From contig JAFXOW010000010.1 in NCBI GenBank assembly GCA_017528315.1, forward strand, positions 67,367-131,366: a stretch of 64,000 nucleotides of DNA, read 5' to 3'. A model generated the notes under the pieces. That model was not told where the DNA came from, searched no databases, and was given only the letters and a program-made list of their open reading frames with translations. The translations under genes were made by a program, and so were the position numbers. This document shows, piece by piece, positions 48,238 through 60,293 of the stretch (position 1 is the first letter of the stretch; each line of letters starts with the position of its first letter). This stretch comes from Bacilli bacterium (GTDB lineage Bacteria > Bacillota_I > Bacilli_A > RF39 > UBA660).

Positions 48238-49068
48238 ATGGCTATTAAGAATTTTAAACCCACAACTAATGCAAGACGTAAGATGAGTACGCTTGTTAAT
48301 GAAGAAATTACTAAAAGTACTCCAGAAAAGAGTCTAGTCGTTACACTAAAGAAAAATGGTGGACGTAATAATCAAGGACATATTACAGTAAGACACCATG
48401 GTGGTGGAGAAAAGAGAAAATATCGTATAATTGATTTTAAAAGAAATAAATTTGATATAGAAGGACGTGTTGCTAGTATTGAATACGATCCAAATCGTTC
48501 GGCAAATATTGCTTTAATTAATTATAAAGATGGAGAAAAGAGATATATTATAGCTCCAAAGGATTTACATGTTGAAGATGTAGTTATAAGTGGAGAAAAC
48601 GTTGATATTAAAATAGGAAATGCACTTCCAATTATGAATATTCCGGTTGGTACTGTTATTCACAATATTGAACTTCGTCCTAAAAAAGGTGGAGCTTTAG
48701 CACGTTCTGCAGGCTCTAGTGCTCAAATACTTGGACGTGAAGGAAAGTATGTAATGATACGTTTATCAAGTGGAGAACAACGTAAAATCCTTGGTACTTG
48801 TATGGCAACAATTGGAGAAGTTGGAAATGCTGATTATGAGCTTGTTCATTTAGGTAAAGCTGGAAGAAGTCGTCATATGGGAATTCGTCCAACTGTTCGT
48901 GGATCTGTAATGAACCCTAATGATCATCCACATGGTGGTGGTGAAGGACGTGCTCCAGTTGGTCGCAAAGGACCAGTTACTCCATGGGGAAAACCTGCAC
49001 TTGGATATAAAACTCGTAAAAATAAATCTAGCGATAAATTAATCGTTCGTCGTAGGAATAGTAAATAA
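48238..49068 (+). CDS. rplB: 50S ribosomal protein L2
   Basis: 276 aa. …HPHGGGEGR… motif. Confidence 0.97.
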   Translation: MAIKNFKPTTNARRKMSTLVNEEITKSTPEKSLVVTLKKNGGRNNQGHITVRHHGGGEKRKYRIIDFKRNKFDIEGRVASIEYDPNRSANIALINYKDGEKRYIIAPKDLHVEDVVISGENVDIKIGNALPIMNIPVGTVIHNIELRPKKGGALARSAGSSAQILGREGKYVMIRLSSGEQRKILGTCMATIGEVGNADYELVHLGKAGRSRHMGIRPTVRGSVMNPNDHPHGGGEGRAPVGRKGPVTPWGKPALGYKTRKNKSSDKLIVRRRNSK

Positions 49069-49079
49069 GGAGAGTAAAT

Positions 49080-49349
49080 ATGGCAAGAAGTTTGAAAAAA
49101 GGACCTTATGTATTCGATAGATTACTAAAGAAGGTTCAAAATTTAAATGAATCTGGAAAGAAAGAAGTTATTAAGACTTGGTCTCGCCGTTCAACAATTT
49201 ATCCTGAATTTATAGGTCATACTTTTGCTGTTCATAATGGAAAAGAATTTATTCCAGTATATGTTACAGAAGATATGGTCGGACATAAATTAGGTGAATT
49301 TTCACTAACTCGTAAGTTTGGTGGACATGGCGAAAACAAGACTAAATAA
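49080..49349 (+). CDS. rpsS: 30S ribosomal protein S19
   Basis: 89 aa. Confidence 0.95.
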   Translation: MARSLKKGPYVFDRLLKKVQNLNESGKKEVIKTWSRRSTIYPEFIGHTFAVHNGKEFIPVYVTEDMVGHKLGEFSLTRKFGGHGENKTK

Positions 49350-49369
49350 TTCGAGGAGGGAAATTAAGT

Positions 49370-49702
49370 ATGGAAACATATGCAATTGCAAAGATGCAAA
49401 GAATTTCACCAATTAAAGCAAGACTTGTTATTGATTTAATTCGTGGAAAAAATGTAAGTGACGCAAAAACCATATTAGTAAATTATAATACTAAAGCTTC
49501 TAAATTAATACTTAGTGTACTTAATTCAGCAATCGCTAATGCTGTTAATAATGAAGGTGCTGATGAAGCTAAGTTATTTGTAAGCGAAGCAAGAGTAGAC
49601 ATGGGTCCTGTTATGAAAAGAATTATGTTTGATTCAAGAGGATATATAGGACATAAAGATAAAAGAACTAGTCATATAATAGTTCGTGTTAAGGAAAGAT
49701 AG
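49370..49702 (+). CDS. rplV: 50S ribosomal protein L22
   Basis: 110 aa. Confidence 0.95.
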   Translation: METYAIAKMQRISPIKARLVIDLIRGKNVSDAKTILVNYNTKASKLILSVLNSAIANAVNNEGADEAKLFVSEARVDMGPVMKRIMFDSRGYIGHKDKRTSHIIVRVKER

Positions 49703-49710
49703 GAGATATT

Positions 49711-50358
49711 ATGGGACAAAAAGTAAGTCCAATTGGACAAAGAATAGGTATAAATAAAGACTGGGAATCTAAATGGTATGCTCCTAAGCATGATTTTGCT
49801 AAAGTTTTAAAAGAAGATATGGAAATTCGTCGTTATCTTGATGAAAATTTAGTAGATAAAGGTGTTGCCAAGGTTGAAATTGAAAGAAGTAAGAAAAGAT
49901 GTGAAGTCACAATTCATTCAGCTAAACCTGGTGTATTAATTGGAAAAGGCGGAGAAGAAATTGAAAAACTTAAGAAAGTATTATCTACATTAGTAGGTCA
50001 TGCTGTTCAAGTATCAGTTGTTGATGTTAAAAAAGCAGATATTAATGCTAAGTTAGTAGCTGATTCAATTGCTAAACAAATTTCCAATAGAGCATCATTT
50101 AGAATGGCTCAAAAACGTGCTATTAAAAATGCTATGAAAGCCGGAGCTAAAGGAATTAAAACTAGTGTTTCAGGTCGTTTAGGTGGTGCAGACATGGCAA
50201 GAAGTGAAGGATATAAGGAAGGTACAATACCACTTCATACTTTTAGAGCTGATATTGATTATGCTCAATCTGAAGCTGATACAACATTTGGAAAAATTGG
50301 TGTAAAAGTATGGATTTATAAAGGAGAAATTCTTCCTTCAAAGAATGGAGGTAAGTAA
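49711..50358 (+). CDS. rpsC: 30S ribosomal protein S3
   Basis: 215 aa, KH domain. Confidence 0.95.
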   Translation: MGQKVSPIGQRIGINKDWESKWYAPKHDFAKVLKEDMEIRRYLDENLVDKGVAKVEIERSKKRCEVTIHSAKPGVLIGKGGEEIEKLKKVLSTLVGHAVQVSVVDVKKADINAKLVADSIAKQISNRASFRMAQKRAIKNAMKAGAKGIKTSVSGRLGGADMARSEGYKEGTIPLHTFRADIDYAQSEADTTFGKIGVKVWIYKGEILPSKNGGK

Positions 50359-50360
50359 TT

Positions 50361-50798
50361 ATGGCTTTAATTCCAGCAAGAGTTAAATATAGAAGAGTTC
50401 ATAGATTACCATATGAAGGACGTGCAAAGGGAAATACAACTTTATCATTTGGTGAATTTGGACTAATGGCTAAAGAAGGTGCTTGGATTACAACTAATCA
50501 AATCGAAGCAGCTCGTGTTGCTATGACAAGATATATGAAACGTGGAGGAAAAGTATGGATTAATATTTTCCCTCATATGCCTGTAACTAGCAAACCACTT
50601 GGAACTCGTCAAGGAAAAGGAAAAGGTGCTGTTGATAAATGGGTTGCCGTAGTTAAGGAAGGTAAAATTATGTTTGAAATTGGTGGTGTAACTGAAGATG
50701 TAGCTCGTGAAGCATTTCGTCTAGCTAGTCATAAATTACCAATTAAAACAAAATTTGTTACAAAAGAAATAGAAAGTGGTGATAAGAATGAAGGTTAA
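50361..50798 (+). CDS. rplP: 50S ribosomal protein L16
   Basis: 145 aa. Confidence 0.95.
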   Translation: MALIPARVKYRRVHRLPYEGRAKGNTTLSFGEFGLMAKEGAWITTNQIEAARVAMTRYMKRGGKVWINIFPHMPVTSKPLGTRQGKGKGAVDKWVAVVKEGKIMFEIGGVTEDVAREAFRLASHKLPIKTKFVTKEIESGDKNEG

Positions 50799-50985
50799 TG
50801 ATATTAGAAAAATGACCACTGAAGAAATAAATAAAAAGATTGTAGACACTAAACAAGAATTATTTAATTTACGTTTTCAATCTTCACTTGGAAATTTAGA
50901 AAAACCTTCAAGAATCAGAGAATTAAGACATGATGTAGCAAGATGTAAAACAGTTCTTCGTGAACGCGAGATGGAGGCTAAATAA
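50788..50985 (+). CDS. rpmC: 50S ribosomal protein L29
   Basis: Probable start at internal Met (MKVNDIRKM…). ORF track start 50776. Confidence 0.9.
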   Translation: MKVNDIRKMTTEEINKKIVDTKQELFNLRFQSSLGNLEKPSRIRELRHDVARCKTVLREREMEAK

Positions 50986-51239
50986 TGGAAAGACGTAAGG
51001 AATTAGTTGGAAAAGTTGTAAGTAATGTAAACGATAAAACTATAACAGTATTAGTTGAAACTTATAAGAAAGATCCATTATATGGTAAGAGAGTAAAATA
51101 TTCTAAGAAGTATGCTGTAGATGATCCAAAAAATTTGGCATCAGTTGGAGATACAGTTAGAATAGTTGAAACAAGACCATTATCAAAAACAAAATATTTC
51201 TATTTAAAAGAAATCGTAGAAAAAGCAGTTATTCTATAG
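50985..51239 (+). CDS. rpsQ: 30S ribosomal protein S17
   Basis: 84 aa. Confidence 0.95.
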   Translation: MERRKELVGKVVSNVNDKTITVLVETYKKDPLYGKRVKYSKKYAVDDPKNLASVGDTVRIVETRPLSKTKYFYLKEIVEKAVIL

Positions 51240-51262
51240 GAATAACTTGATAAGGAGGAATT

Positions 51263-51634
51263 ATGATTCAACAAGAAAGTCGTCTTAAGGTTGCTGATAA
51301 TTCAGGAGCACGTGAACTTTTAGTTATTCGCGTTCTTGGAGGAAGTAAAGTTAAGACTGGAAATATTGGCGATATCGTTGTTGGAACCGTAAAAAATGCT
51401 ATTCCCAACGGTACAGTCAAGAAAAGTAAAGTTGTAAAAGCAGTTATTGTTCGTTCTAAATTTGGTGTAAGACGTCCAGATGGTTCGTATATTAAATTTG
51501 ATGACAATGCTTGCGTTATTATTAAAGATGATAAGAGTCCAGTGGGAACACGTATTTTTGGACCAGTAGCTAGAGAACTTCGTGAGGATAAAGATTTTAT
51601 GAAGATTGTATCTTTAGCTAAGGAAGTACTATAG
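51263..51634 (+). CDS. rplN: 50S ribosomal protein L14
   Basis: 123 aa. Confidence 0.95.
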   Translation: MIQQESRLKVADNSGARELLVIRVLGGSKVKTGNIGDIVVGTVKNAIPNGTVKKSKVVKAVIVRSKFGVRRPDGSYIKFDDNACVIIKDDKSPVGTRIFGPVARELREDKDFMKIVSLAKEVL

Positions 51635-51640
51635 AGGTGT

Positions 51641-51955
51641 ATGATGAAATTAAAAACAGGTGATAAAGTTATAGTAATTGCTGGTTCTAATAAAGGAAAA
51701 AGTGGAACTATCAAGAAAGTATTAGTTAAAGAAAATAGAGTAATTATTGAAGGTATAAATATTGTTCATAAACACAGCAAGGGAAATGGACAAGAAACAG
51801 GTGGAATACTTGATATAGAAGCACCTATCAATGCATCTAATGTAATGCTTGTTGATAAGAAAACTAATAAACCTACTAGAGTAGGAATTACTGTTGACGA
51901 AAAAACTAAAAAGAAAGTAAGAGTTTCAAAAAAATCAAACGAAAAGTTTGATTAA
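51641..51955 (+). CDS. rplX: 50S ribosomal protein L24
   Basis: 104 aa, KOW motif. Confidence 0.95.
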   Translation: MMKLKTGDKVIVIAGSNKGKSGTIKKVLVKENRVIIEGINIVHKHSKGNGQETGGILDIEAPINASNVMLVDKKTNKPTRVGITVDEKTKKKVRVSKKSNEKFD

Positions 51956-51969
51956 AGAAGGAGGAATTA

Positions 51970-52512
51970 TTGATGAACCGCCTAAAAGAAAAATACTTGA
52001 ATAAAGTTATTCCAAGTTTAAAAGAAAAATATAGTTATAAATCAATTATGGAAGTTCCAAAGTTATCAAAGATTGTTGTTAATATTGGAGTTGGAGATGC
52101 TACAACTAATTCTAAGCTACTTGATGCAGCCGTTAATGATTTAACAGCTATAACTGGTCAAAAACCGGTTATAACGAGAGCTAAGAAAAGTATAGCCGGA
52201 TTTCATGTCAGAGAAGGACAAGCAATTGGATGTAAAGTAACTCTTAGGGGAGATGCTATGTATAATTTTATGGATAAATTAATTAGTATTGGTCTTCCTC
52301 GTGTAAGAGATTTCCGTGGAATTAGTTCTAAAGCATTTGATGGACGTGGAAACTATACTTTAGGAATTAAAGAACAATTAATTTTTTCTGAAATTGAATA
52401 CGATAATGTCGTTAAAGTTCGTGGAATGGATATTGTGTTTGTAACAACAGCTAAGAGTAATGAAGAAGCATTCGATTTATTAGATGAACTTGGAATGCCA
52501 TTTAGAAAGTAA
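51970..52512 (+). CDS. rplE: 50S ribosomal protein L5
   Basis: 180 aa. Confidence 0.95.
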   Translation: MMNRLKEKYLNKVIPSLKEKYSYKSIMEVPKLSKIVVNIGVGDATTNSKLLDAAVNDLTAITGQKPVITRAKKSIAGFHVREGQAIGCKVTLRGDAMYNFMDKLISIGLPRVRDFRGISSKAFDGRGNYTLGIKEQLIFSEIEYDNVVKVRGMDIVFVTTAKSNEEAFDLLDELGMPFRK

Positions 52513-52524
52513 TTGGAGGAAATT

Positions 52525-52710
52525 ATGGCTAAAAAAAGTATGATAAATAAAGCTAACAAAAAACAAAAGTTTAAAGTTCGTGAATATACAAGATGCGAAA
52601 GATGTGGAAGACCACATGCTGTAATCTCAAAATTTGGAATTTGTAGAATTTGTTTTCGTGAATTAGCTTATAAAGGACAAATACCAGGTGTTAAAAAATC
52701 AAGCTGGTAA
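52525..52710 (+). CDS. rpsN: 30S ribosomal protein S14 type Z (zinc-binding)
   Basis: 61 aa from MAKKSM…. C-x2-C…C-x2-C motif. Confidence 0.92.
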   Translation: MAKKSMINKANKKQKFKVREYTRCERCGRPHAVISKFGICRICFRELAYKGQIPGVKKSSW

Positions 52711-52728
52711 AAAGGAGGATAAAATAAT

Positions 52729-53127
52729 ATGGTAGTAACAGATGCTATTGCAGATATGCTAACGAGAATTCGTAATGCAAATCAATTACGCTATCAAGAA
52801 GTTTTGGTACCATCTTCAAAAACAAAATTAGAAATTGCTAAAATTTTAAAAGAAGAAGGTTTTATTGAAGATTATAAAGTATCAAAAGATGATGTTCAAG
52901 GAACAATTGTTATAACATTAAAATATGGACCAAATAAAGAAAGAGTTATTACTGGACTTAAGAGAATATCTAAACCAGGTTTAAGAGTATATGCTAAAAG
53001 TACTGATATTCCTAAAGTATTAAATGGATTAGGTATAGCAATTATTTCTACGAGTAAAGGTTTAATGACTGATAAAGCTGCTCGTTCAAATAACTTAGGT
53101 GGAGAAGTACTAGCTTATATTTGGTAG
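52729..53127 (+). CDS. rpsH: 30S ribosomal protein S8
   Basis: 132 aa. Confidence 0.95.
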   Translation: MVVTDAIADMLTRIRNANQLRYQEVLVPSSKTKLEIAKILKEEGFIEDYKVSKDDVQGTIVITLKYGPNKERVITGLKRISKPGLRVYAKSTDIPKVLNGLGIAIISTSKGLMTDKAARSNNLGGEVLAYIW

Positions 53128-53141
53128 GAAAGGATAAGATT

Positions 53142-53678
53142 ATGAGCCGTATAGGAAATAGAAAAATTGTTATTCCTGAAGGTGTTAGTGTTGAAGTTCA
53201 AGATAACCTTGTTACTGTTAAAGGCAAACTTGGTGAATTAAGCTTAGAGTTACCAGAAGTTATTTCTATGGAAATAAATGGTAATGAAATTACTTTAAAA
53301 AGAAGTGATGAAGAAAAATTTACTAAGGCTTTACATGGAACAGCAAATGCTAACATTGCTAATATGATTAAAGGAGTACGTGAGGGTTATAAAAAAGGTT
53401 TAGAAATTGTTGGTGTTGGATATCGTTTCAATATGAAGGGATCTAATCTTGTAATAAATGCAGGATATTCTCATCCAGTTGAAATGAAAGTACCAGAAGG
53501 TATTAAAGTAGAAGTAGTAAGTAATACGGAAATAACTGTATCAGGAATTTCTAAAGAATTAGTAGGAGAATATGCTGCTAATATTCGTAAAGTAAGAGAA
53601 CCTGAACCTTATAAAGGAAAGGGTATTCGTTATAAAGATGAATATATTCGTCGTAAAGAAGGTAAGAAAGCTGCCTAA
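53142..53678 (+). CDS. rplF: 50S ribosomal protein L6
   Basis: Probable start MSRIGN…. ORF track start 53121. Confidence 0.93.
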   Translation: MSRIGNRKIVIPEGVSVEVQDNLVTVKGKLGELSLELPEVISMEINGNEITLKRSDEEKFTKALHGTANANIANMIKGVREGYKKGLEIVGVGYRFNMKGSNLVINAGYSHPVEMKVPEGIKVEVVSNTEITVSGISKELVGEYAANIRKVREPEPYKGKGIRYKDEYIRRKEGKKAA

Positions 53679-53694
53679 TAGGTAAGGAGGAAAT

Positions 53695-54051
53695 ATGATT
53701 AGTAAAGTATCAAGAAATGATGTAAGAATTGAAAGACATAAACGTGTAAGAAATAAAATCGTTGGAACTCATGATATACCACGTCTTTGTGTTTTTAAAT
53801 CTAATACAAATATTTATGCTCAAATTATTAATGATGAAGAAGGTATTACTCTAGTAAGTGCTTCCTCTTTAGAAAATAAAGGTAAGAATGGAAGTAATGT
53901 AGAAGCAGCGAAGGCCGTTGGAGAAAATCTTGCTAAGAAAGCTAAAAAGGCAGGAATTACTAAGGTTGTATTTGATAGAGGCGGATACCTATATCATGGT
54001 CGTGTTAAAGCACTTGCTGACAGTGCTCGCGATGGTGGATTAGAATTCTAA
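53695..54051 (+). CDS. rplR: 50S ribosomal protein L18
   Basis: 118 aa. Confidence 0.95.
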   Translation: MISKVSRNDVRIERHKRVRNKIVGTHDIPRLCVFKSNTNIYAQIINDEEGITLVSASSLENKGKNGSNVEAAKAVGENLAKKAKKAGITKVVFDRGGYLYHGRVKALADSARDGGLEF

Positions 54052-54060
54052 GGAGGAGCT

Positions 54061-54576
54061 ATGCAAAAAGGAAAGAAAGAAAAAAGCCAAAACACTAAAA
54101 TGTATGAAGAATTAGTTGTTGAAATTAAGAGTGTTGTTAAGGTTACTCAAGGTGGAAGACAAAGAAGATTCTCTGCTACTGTTGTTGTTGGTGATAGAAA
54201 AGGAACAGTAGGAATTGGTATTGGTAAAGCTTCTGAAGTACCAGATGCTATTAAAAAAGCCATTCAAGCTGCAAATAAAAATCTAATTAAAATCACTTTA
54301 ATTGATGGAAGAACTATAGCCCATGAAGCAATTGGTAAGAGTGGTGCTGCAAGAGTACTTATTAAACCAGCCCCAGCTGGAGCCGGATTAATTGCTGGTG
54401 GAGCAGTTCGTGCGGTACTTGAACTTGCTGGTGTTCATGATATTTCAAGTAAATCACTTGGTTCAAGAACTAAATTAAATATGGCAACAGCAACTATTAA
54501 TGCTTTAACATCTATTAAAACAATAGATGAGGTTGCTAAATTAAGAGGAAAAGAAGAAAGTGAGATATTAGGATAA
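54061..54576 (+). CDS. rpsE: 30S ribosomal protein S5
   Basis: 171 aa. Confidence 0.95.
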   Translation: MQKGKKEKSQNTKMYEELVVEIKSVVKVTQGGRQRRFSATVVVGDRKGTVGIGIGKASEVPDAIKKAIQAANKNLIKITLIDGRTIAHEAIGKSGAARVLIKPAPAGAGLIAGGAVRAVLELAGVHDISSKSLGSRTKLNMATATINALTSIKTIDEVAKLRGKEESEILG

Positions 54577-55019
54577 TGAAATTACATGAATTAGAAAGAA
54601 ATAGAGAAGCAAAGAGCGTTAGACGTAGAGTTGGACGTGGAATGGGATCTGGACTTGGTAAAACAAGTGGACGTGGTGAAAAAGGTCAAAAAGCGAGAAG
54701 TGGTGTTTCAATTCCTGCTCAATTTGAAGGTGGACAATTACCACTTTATAGAAGATTACCAAAGAGAGGATTCTCAAATAGTGATTTTAAAATTAGATAT
54801 GCAACAATCAATGTTTCAGATTTAAATAGATTTAAGGATGGAGACATTGTTACGCCAGAATTACTTAAAGAAACTGGAATACTTAAAAATCAACTTGATG
54901 GAGTTAAAGTTCTTGGAGATGGAGAATGCGACAAGAAATTAACTGTTAAAGCACATAAATTTTCAAAATCTGCAATAGAAAAACTTGAGAATAATGGAAG
55001 TAAAATAGAGGTGATCTAA
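54576..55019 (+). CDS. rplO: 50S ribosomal protein L15
   Basis: 147 aa. Follows rpsE directly with no rpmD between. Confidence 0.95.
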   Translation: MKLHELERNREAKSVRRRVGRGMGSGLGKTSGRGEKGQKARSGVSIPAQFEGGQLPLYRRLPKRGFSNSDFKIRYATINVSDLNRFKDGDIVTPELLKETGILKNQLDGVKVLGDGECDKKLTVKAHKFSKSAIEKLENNGSKIEVI

Positions 55020-56284
55020 TGTTTCACATGTTGAAGCAAATATTTGCGCCTACTAATAAAGATTTAAGAAATAGATTATTTTTCACATTAGGAGCATTAT
55101 TAATCTTTATAATAGGAACTGGTATTACGGTACCTGGAACAACAAATATTACTAAGAATTTAGGATTTTTGGAACTTATTAATGCTATGGGTGGAGGAAG
55201 TCTTAAGAGATTTTCAATCTTTGCCTTAGGTGTTAGTCCCTATATTACAGCATCAATTATTGTGCAACTATTAGAAATGGATATTATTCCTTATTTTACA
55301 GAATTAAGTAAGGAAGGTCCAGTTGGTCGTCGTAAACTTAATCAAATTACTAGATATATGGGTATAATATTTGCGTTTATTGAAGGATATGCTTTTAGTT
55401 TTGCCTTCCTTGGAGTAGGAAATGCATTTGATTACTTGTATGTTGCTGTTATTATGACAGCTGGAACGGCATTTTGTTTGTGGCTTGGGGATCAAATTAC
55501 TCAAAAAGGAATAGGGAATGGAATATCTTTGATGATTATGGCTGGTATTATTGCAACACTTCCAACAATGTTTGTAACAGCTTATAATTCATTTGTTATT
55601 GGAAGTGGTACTGAACTTCTTATTGGAATATTAAAATTTGCGGTATTCGTTATCATTTATTTTGCAATTATAATTGGAGTTATTTATGTTCAAGAATCTG
55701 AACGAAGAATACCTTTACAATACGCGAATAAAACAACGGGTAGTTATGGTTCAGAGCAATCATTCTTACCAATTAAACTTAATACAGCAAGTGTTATTCC
55801 GGTAATCTTTGCATCAAGTTTGTTGGCAATTCCAGCCACTATATCTAACTTTGTTAATAATGAAGGATTTAAGAGTTTTGTAGAAACTTACCTTGATTAT
55901 TCCAAACCAGTTGGATTTGTAATATATGTATTTCTAATATTCTTCTTTGGTTATTTCTATACATTCTTGCAATTAAAACCTGAGGATGTTGCAGATAACT
56001 TAAAGAAAAATGGAGGATATATTCCAGGAATTAGACCTGGTAGTGAAACAGAAGAGTATGTAAGACATACTTTATCTCGTGTTACAATTGTTGGAACTTT
56101 ATTATTAATTGTTTTAGCAATTTTACCAATAATATTTACATCAATTACAAAACTTCCAAGTAGTATTAGTATTGGTGGTACAGGATTATTGATTGTTGTT
56201 GGTGTTGCACTTGAAACTTATAAACAATTAGAAGGAAGTCTTGCTACAAGAACTTACAAGAAGAGAAGGAGCCGTTTAAGATGA
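55019..56284 (+). CDS. secY: preprotein translocase subunit SecY
   Basis: 421 aa, 10 TM. Confidence 0.95.
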   Translation: MFHMLKQIFAPTNKDLRNRLFFTLGALLIFIIGTGITVPGTTNITKNLGFLELINAMGGGSLKRFSIFALGVSPYITASIIVQLLEMDIIPYFTELSKEGPVGRRKLNQITRYMGIIFAFIEGYAFSFAFLGVGNAFDYLYVAVIMTAGTAFCLWLGDQITQKGIGNGISLMIMAGIIATLPTMFVTAYNSFVIGSGTELLIGILKFAVFVIIYFAIIIGVIYVQESERRIPLQYANKTTGSYGSEQSFLPIKLNTASVIPVIFASSLLAIPATISNFVNNEGFKSFVETYLDYSKPVGFVIYVFLIFFFGYFYTFLQLKPEDVADNLKKNGGYIPGIRPGSETEEYVRHTLSRVTIVGTLLLIVLAILPIIFTSITKLPSSISIGGTGLLIVVGVALETYKQLEGSLATRTYKKRRSRLR

Positions 56285-56931
56285 AAAATATCATTTTAAT
56301 AGCAGCACCAGCTGCTGGTAAAGGAACTTTATCAGAAATGTTAGTAGAGAAATATGGCTATGTTCATATTTCAACTGGTGATTTACTTAGGGATGTATCA
56401 ACAAGTGATACACAACTGGGACGCACGGTAAGTGATATGTTAAGTCAAGGTGTTTTAGTTACTGATGAAATAGTCTTTGAAATTTTAGAAAATAGACTAA
56501 AACAAGACGATATTAAAAATGGATTTATCTTAGACGGTTTTCCAAGAACTTTAGAACAAGCTAAAAAATATGATGAATTAATAAGTCGTTTAAATATTGA
56601 TTTAGGATCAGTAATTATCTTAGAATCTGATTATGAGACTTTAGAAAAGAGAATTGTTGGACGTATGTTATGTAAATCTTGTGGAAGTGTTCATAATACT
56701 TTGACTGGAGTAAATACTCCGAAAGTTGATAATATTTGTAATAAATGTGGTGGAAATTTATATAAAAGAAGTGATGATAATAGAGAGTCATTTAAAACTC
56801 GTTATGAGACTTTCTTAGAAAAAACCGAACCATTAATAGAATTTTATCAAGAAAAAGGTAATATTCATTTTGTAAATTCTCTTGATAAAGAAACCATGCT
56901 TAGTGGTGTTGAGGATATATTAAATGATTAG
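56281..56931 (+). CDS. adk: adenylate kinase (zinc-lid type)
   Basis: 216 aa. P-loop GAPAAGKGT. Cys4 lid. Confidence 0.95.
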   Translation: MKNIILIAAPAAGKGTLSEMLVEKYGYVHISTGDLLRDVSTSDTQLGRTVSDMLSQGVLVTDEIVFEILENRLKQDDIKNGFILDGFPRTLEQAKKYDELISRLNIDLGSVIILESDYETLEKRIVGRMLCKSCGSVHNTLTGVNTPKVDNICNKCGGNLYKRSDDNRESFKTRYETFLEKTEPLIEFYQEKGNIHFVNSLDKETMLSGVEDILND

Positions 56932-57697
56932 TATTAAAAGTGAGAGAGAAATAGAATTACTTGCTATAGCAGGTAATGTTGTATATCAAACTCATAAATA
57001 TTTAAAACCTTTTATTAAACCAGGAATTACAACTAAAGAACTTGATAAATTAGCTGAAGAGTTTATTAGAAGTCAGGGCTGTACACCATCGTTTCTTGGA
57101 TATGAAGGATTTCCAAATACACTTTGTACAAGTATAAACTCGGAGGTTGTTCACGGAATACCAAGCAACTATAAACTTAAAAATGGTGATATAATATCAA
57201 TAGATATTGGAGCATGTTTTAAGGGGTATCATGGAGATTCAGCTTGGACATATGCGGTTGGAAATATATCTGATGATGCGAAATATATAATGGAGCATAC
57301 GGAAAAATCTTTATATGTTGGTCTTAAGGAAATTAAGCCAGGGAAACGCATTGGGGATATTGGAGCAGCTATCGAAGAATATGCTCATGCCCATAATTTA
57401 GGAGTTGTTAAAGAATTAGTTGGACATGGTGTTGGTACGACAGTTCATGAAGAACCTGATGTTCCAAATTTTGGAACAAAAGGAACAGGTCCGGTTTTAA
57501 GAAAAGGTATGGTTATTGCAGTTGAACCAATGTTAACTTTAGGAAGTCCAGAAATTGTAATACTTGACAATGATTGGACAATTGAAACAGAAGATTATAG
57601 TCTATCAGCGCACTTTGAACATACAGTTGCAGTAACTGATGACGGTTATAGAATATTAACTGGAGAATTAAAAGGAGGTTTAAATGGCCAAAAATGA
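56924..57697 (+). CDS. map: type I methionine aminopeptidase
   Basis: 257 aa. Confidence 0.93.
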   Translation: MISIKSEREIELLAIAGNVVYQTHKYLKPFIKPGITTKELDKLAEEFIRSQGCTPSFLGYEGFPNTLCTSINSEVVHGIPSNYKLKNGDIISIDIGACFKGYHGDSAWTYAVGNISDDAKYIMEHTEKSLYVGLKEIKPGKRIGDIGAAIEEYAHAHNLGVVKELVGHGVGTTVHEEPDVPNFGTKGTGPVLRKGMVIAVEPMLTLGSPEIVILDNDWTIETEDYSLSAHFEHTVAVTDDGYRILTGELKGGLNGQK

Positions 57698-57899
57698 TAC
57701 TATTGAGGTAGAAGGAAAAGTTTTAGAAGTTTTACCAGGGTACAAATTCAAAGTAGAGCTTAGTAATAAGCATATTATTGAGGCTCACGTTTCTGGTAAA
57801 ATGCGAATGAATTACATTCGTATCATAGAAGGTGATAATGTTGTGGTTGAACTATCACCCTATGATTTAACACGTGGGCGTATAACCTATAGAAAGTAG
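57684..57899 (+). CDS. infA: translation initiation factor IF-1
   Basis: 71 aa, S1-like. Confidence 0.95.
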   Translation: MAKNDTIEVEGKVLEVLPGYKFKVELSNKHIIEAHVSGKMRMNYIRIIEGDNVVVELSPYDLTRGRITYRK

Positions 57900-57911
57900 G
57901 AGGGAAATATT

Positions 57912-58025
57912 ATGAAAGTAAAACCATCTGTAAAACCAATTTGTGCTAAATGTAAAGTAATTAAACGTAAAGGTAAAGTAATGGTAATTTGTGAAAATCC
58001 AAAACACAAACAAACCCAAGGATAA
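57912..58025 (+). CDS. rpmJ: 50S ribosomal protein L36
   Basis: 37-aa [40 protein letters not shown], not in ORF track. RBS agggaaatattATG. Confidence 0.9.
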   Translation: MKVKPSVKPICAKCKVIKRKGKVMVICENPKHKQTQG

Positions 58026-58041
58026 TAGGAGGTGTAATTAA

Positions 58042-58407
58042 ATGGCACGTATTAAGGGTGTAGATATACCAAATGATAAACATATTGTTATTTCATTAAC
58101 TTATATTTATGGAATTGGACGAAATCTTGCTAAAACAATATGTGAGAATGCTGGTGTTCTACCAACTAAGAAAGCAGGAGACGTTACAACTGATGAATTA
58201 ACAAAATTAAGAGATGAAATTAATAAACATTTAACCGAAGGAGATCTAAGACGTGAAGTTAATATGAACATTAAAACAAAAATGGAAATTAACTCATATC
58301 AAGGAACTCGTCATAAAAAAGGTTTACCTGTAAGAGGACAAAGAACAAATAGAAATGCTCGTACTCGTAAAGGTAAAGGAAAAACTGTTGCTAATAAGAA
58401 GAAATAG
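58042..58407 (+). CDS. rpsM: 30S ribosomal protein S13
   Basis: 121 aa. Confidence 0.95.
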   Translation: MARIKGVDIPNDKHIVISLTYIYGIGRNLAKTICENAGVLPTKKAGDVTTDELTKLRDEINKHLTEGDLRREVNMNIKTKMEINSYQGTRHKKGLPVRGQRTNRNARTRKGKGKTVANKKK

Positions 58408-58436
58408 TTTAAAAAATTAAAAAAGGAGGAAAAACC

Positions 58437-58820
58437 ATGGCTTATAAGCAAAGAAAAAGAAAAGTCAAAAAGAATGTGCCTGAAGGGGTTGCCCATATTC
58501 ATGCAACATTTAATAATACAATTGTAACTTTGTCTGATAAAGAAGGTAATGCTATTGCTTGGGCGAGTGCTGGAGCTATTGGATTTAAAGGTTCAAAGAA
58601 ATCAACACCATTTGCTGCAGGATTAGCATCAGAAGCTGCTGGAAAGAAAGCAATGGATGCTGGCATGAGAAAAGTTGAAGTATATGTTAAGGGACTTGGA
58701 CCTGGACGTGAAACAGCAATTCGTTCACTTCAAACAGCCGGACTTGAGATTACATCAATTAGCGATGTAACACCAATTCCACATAATGGATGTCGTCCAC
58801 CAAAACGTCCTCGTGGATAA
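58437..58820 (+). CDS. rpsK: 30S ribosomal protein S11
   Basis: 127 aa. Confidence 0.95.
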   Translation: MAYKQRKRKVKKNVPEGVAHIHATFNNTIVTLSDKEGNAIAWASAGAIGFKGSKKSTPFAAGLASEAAGKKAMDAGMRKVEVYVKGLGPGRETAIRSLQTAGLEITSISDVTPIPHNGCRPPKRPRG

Positions 58821-58867
58821 TTTGGATTAGATAATGATAAAAATTTGTGGATAAATAAGGAGGGAAT

Positions 58868-59839
58868 ATGGCAAATTTTACAATACCATTTGAAAAACCA
58901 GTTTATAAAGTAACTGATTATGTAGAAAATAATTTCTACGGAAAATTCGAATTTGAACCTCTTGAAAGAGGATTTGGTAATACTATTGGTAATGCTTTAA
59001 GAAGAGTTTTATTATCAAGTCTTCCAGGAAGTGCAATTTCAAGTGTTAAAATTGAAGGAATTCAACATGAATTTCAAACTATTGATGGAGTTATTGAAGA
59101 TGTTACAACAATTATTTTAAATTTAAAAAGTGTGGTTATTAAAAATTATTCTGATGAAATGAAATTAATGCATCTTGATGTTACGTGTAGTGAGGATGAA
59201 ATGGAAATTAAAGCATCTGATTTTACACTTGACGCTGATCTTGAAATCATGAATCCCGATTTACATATTGCAACACTTAGTCGCGGGGCACATCTTGTAA
59301 TGGAGATGACGGTTACTAACGGACGTGGATATGTAAGAAGTGAAGAAAATAAAAAGTTATTAGATATAAAGAAAGTTGGAACTATTGCAATTGATTCACT
59401 TTATTCACCTATTGAAAGAGTATCTTATGAAGTTGATAATGCACGTGTTGGTCAAAATGAAAATTATGATAAATTAATTTTAAATGTTTGGACTAATGGT
59501 AGTATTAAGCCTCAAGATGCTGTGGCACTTGCTTCTAAAATTTTAATTGCCCACTTCAATATTTTAGAAGATGTTGGTAGTATTAAAGATTTAACTGGTT
59601 TAATGATTGAGAAAACTGAAGATAGTAAATCTAAAGAATTAGAAACTCCAATTGAAGATTTAGATTTTTCAGTTAGAACATTTAATTGCTTAAAGAGAGC
59701 AAATATAAAGACACTTAAAGATTTAGTTGATAAAAAACAAAGTGACTTTATGAAAATACGTAATTTAGGTAAGAAGTCTTTAAAAGAAGTTCTTGATAAA
59801 ATTAAAGATATGAATCTTACTTTAAAAGACGAAGATTAG
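58868..59839 (+). CDS. rpoA: DNA-directed RNA polymerase subunit alpha
   Basis: 323 aa. Confidence 0.95.
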   Translation: MANFTIPFEKPVYKVTDYVENNFYGKFEFEPLERGFGNTIGNALRRVLLSSLPGSAISSVKIEGIQHEFQTIDGVIEDVTTIILNLKSVVIKNYSDEMKLMHLDVTCSEDEMEIKASDFTLDADLEIMNPDLHIATLSRGAHLVMEMTVTNGRGYVRSEENKKLLDIKKVGTIAIDSLYSPIERVSYEVDNARVGQNENYDKLILNVWTNGSIKPQDAVALASKILIAHFNILEDVGSIKDLTGLMIEKTEDSKSKELETPIEDLDFSVRTFNCLKRANIKTLKDLVDKKQSDFMKIRNLGKKSLKEVLDKIKDMNLTLKDED

Positions 59840-59848
59840 GAGGAAAAT

Positions 59849-60193
59849 ATGGCATATAGAAAATTAGGACGAGTAAGTAAACATAGAAAAAGTATGCTAT
59901 CTAACTTAACACGTGATGCAATAATGAAAGAAAGAATAGAAACAACCAATACAAGAGCTAAAGAAGTACGTAAGTTCGTTGATAAAATGATTACTTATGG
60001 AAAAAAAGGAGATTTAGTTTCACGTAGAATGGCTTTAGCATTTTTTCATAATGATAAAGAAGTTGTTGATAAAATCTTTAATGATTTGGCAAAACGTTAT
60101 GAAAAGAGAAATGGTGGATATACTAGAATCTTAAAGTTAGATGAAAGAAGAGGAGATGGAGCTTTAATTTCCATCATTGAATTGGTAAAATAA
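59849..60193 (+). CDS. rplQ: 50S ribosomal protein L17
   Basis: 114 aa. Confidence 0.95.
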   Translation: MAYRKLGRVSKHRKSMLSNLTRDAIMKERIETTNTRAKEVRKFVDKMITYGKKGDLVSRRMALAFFHNDKEVVDKIFNDLAKRYEKRNGGYTRILKLDERRGDGALISIIELVK

Positions 60194-60198
60194 TTAAT

Positions 60199-60225
60199 TG
60201 ACCTAAGTTTTTTAGGTCTTTTTAA
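60199..60225 (+). terminator. rho-independent terminator of the alpha operon (GACCTAA-loop-TTAGGTC + T-run)
   Basis: 7-bp inverted repeat followed by T-rich tract after rplQ. Confidence 0.6.
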
Positions 60226-60293
60226 TTTTATTTTTTTATATTGTATTTTTGTATATTGTGTGATAAAATACTTTTAGAAATGAGGGGATTTTT

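Noticed and set aside
54576-54600. Possible missing rpmD as an annotation gap
   Set aside because: rpsE stop and rplO start overlap directly, and no ORF of L30 size or sequence is present. This is a genuine absence at this locus.
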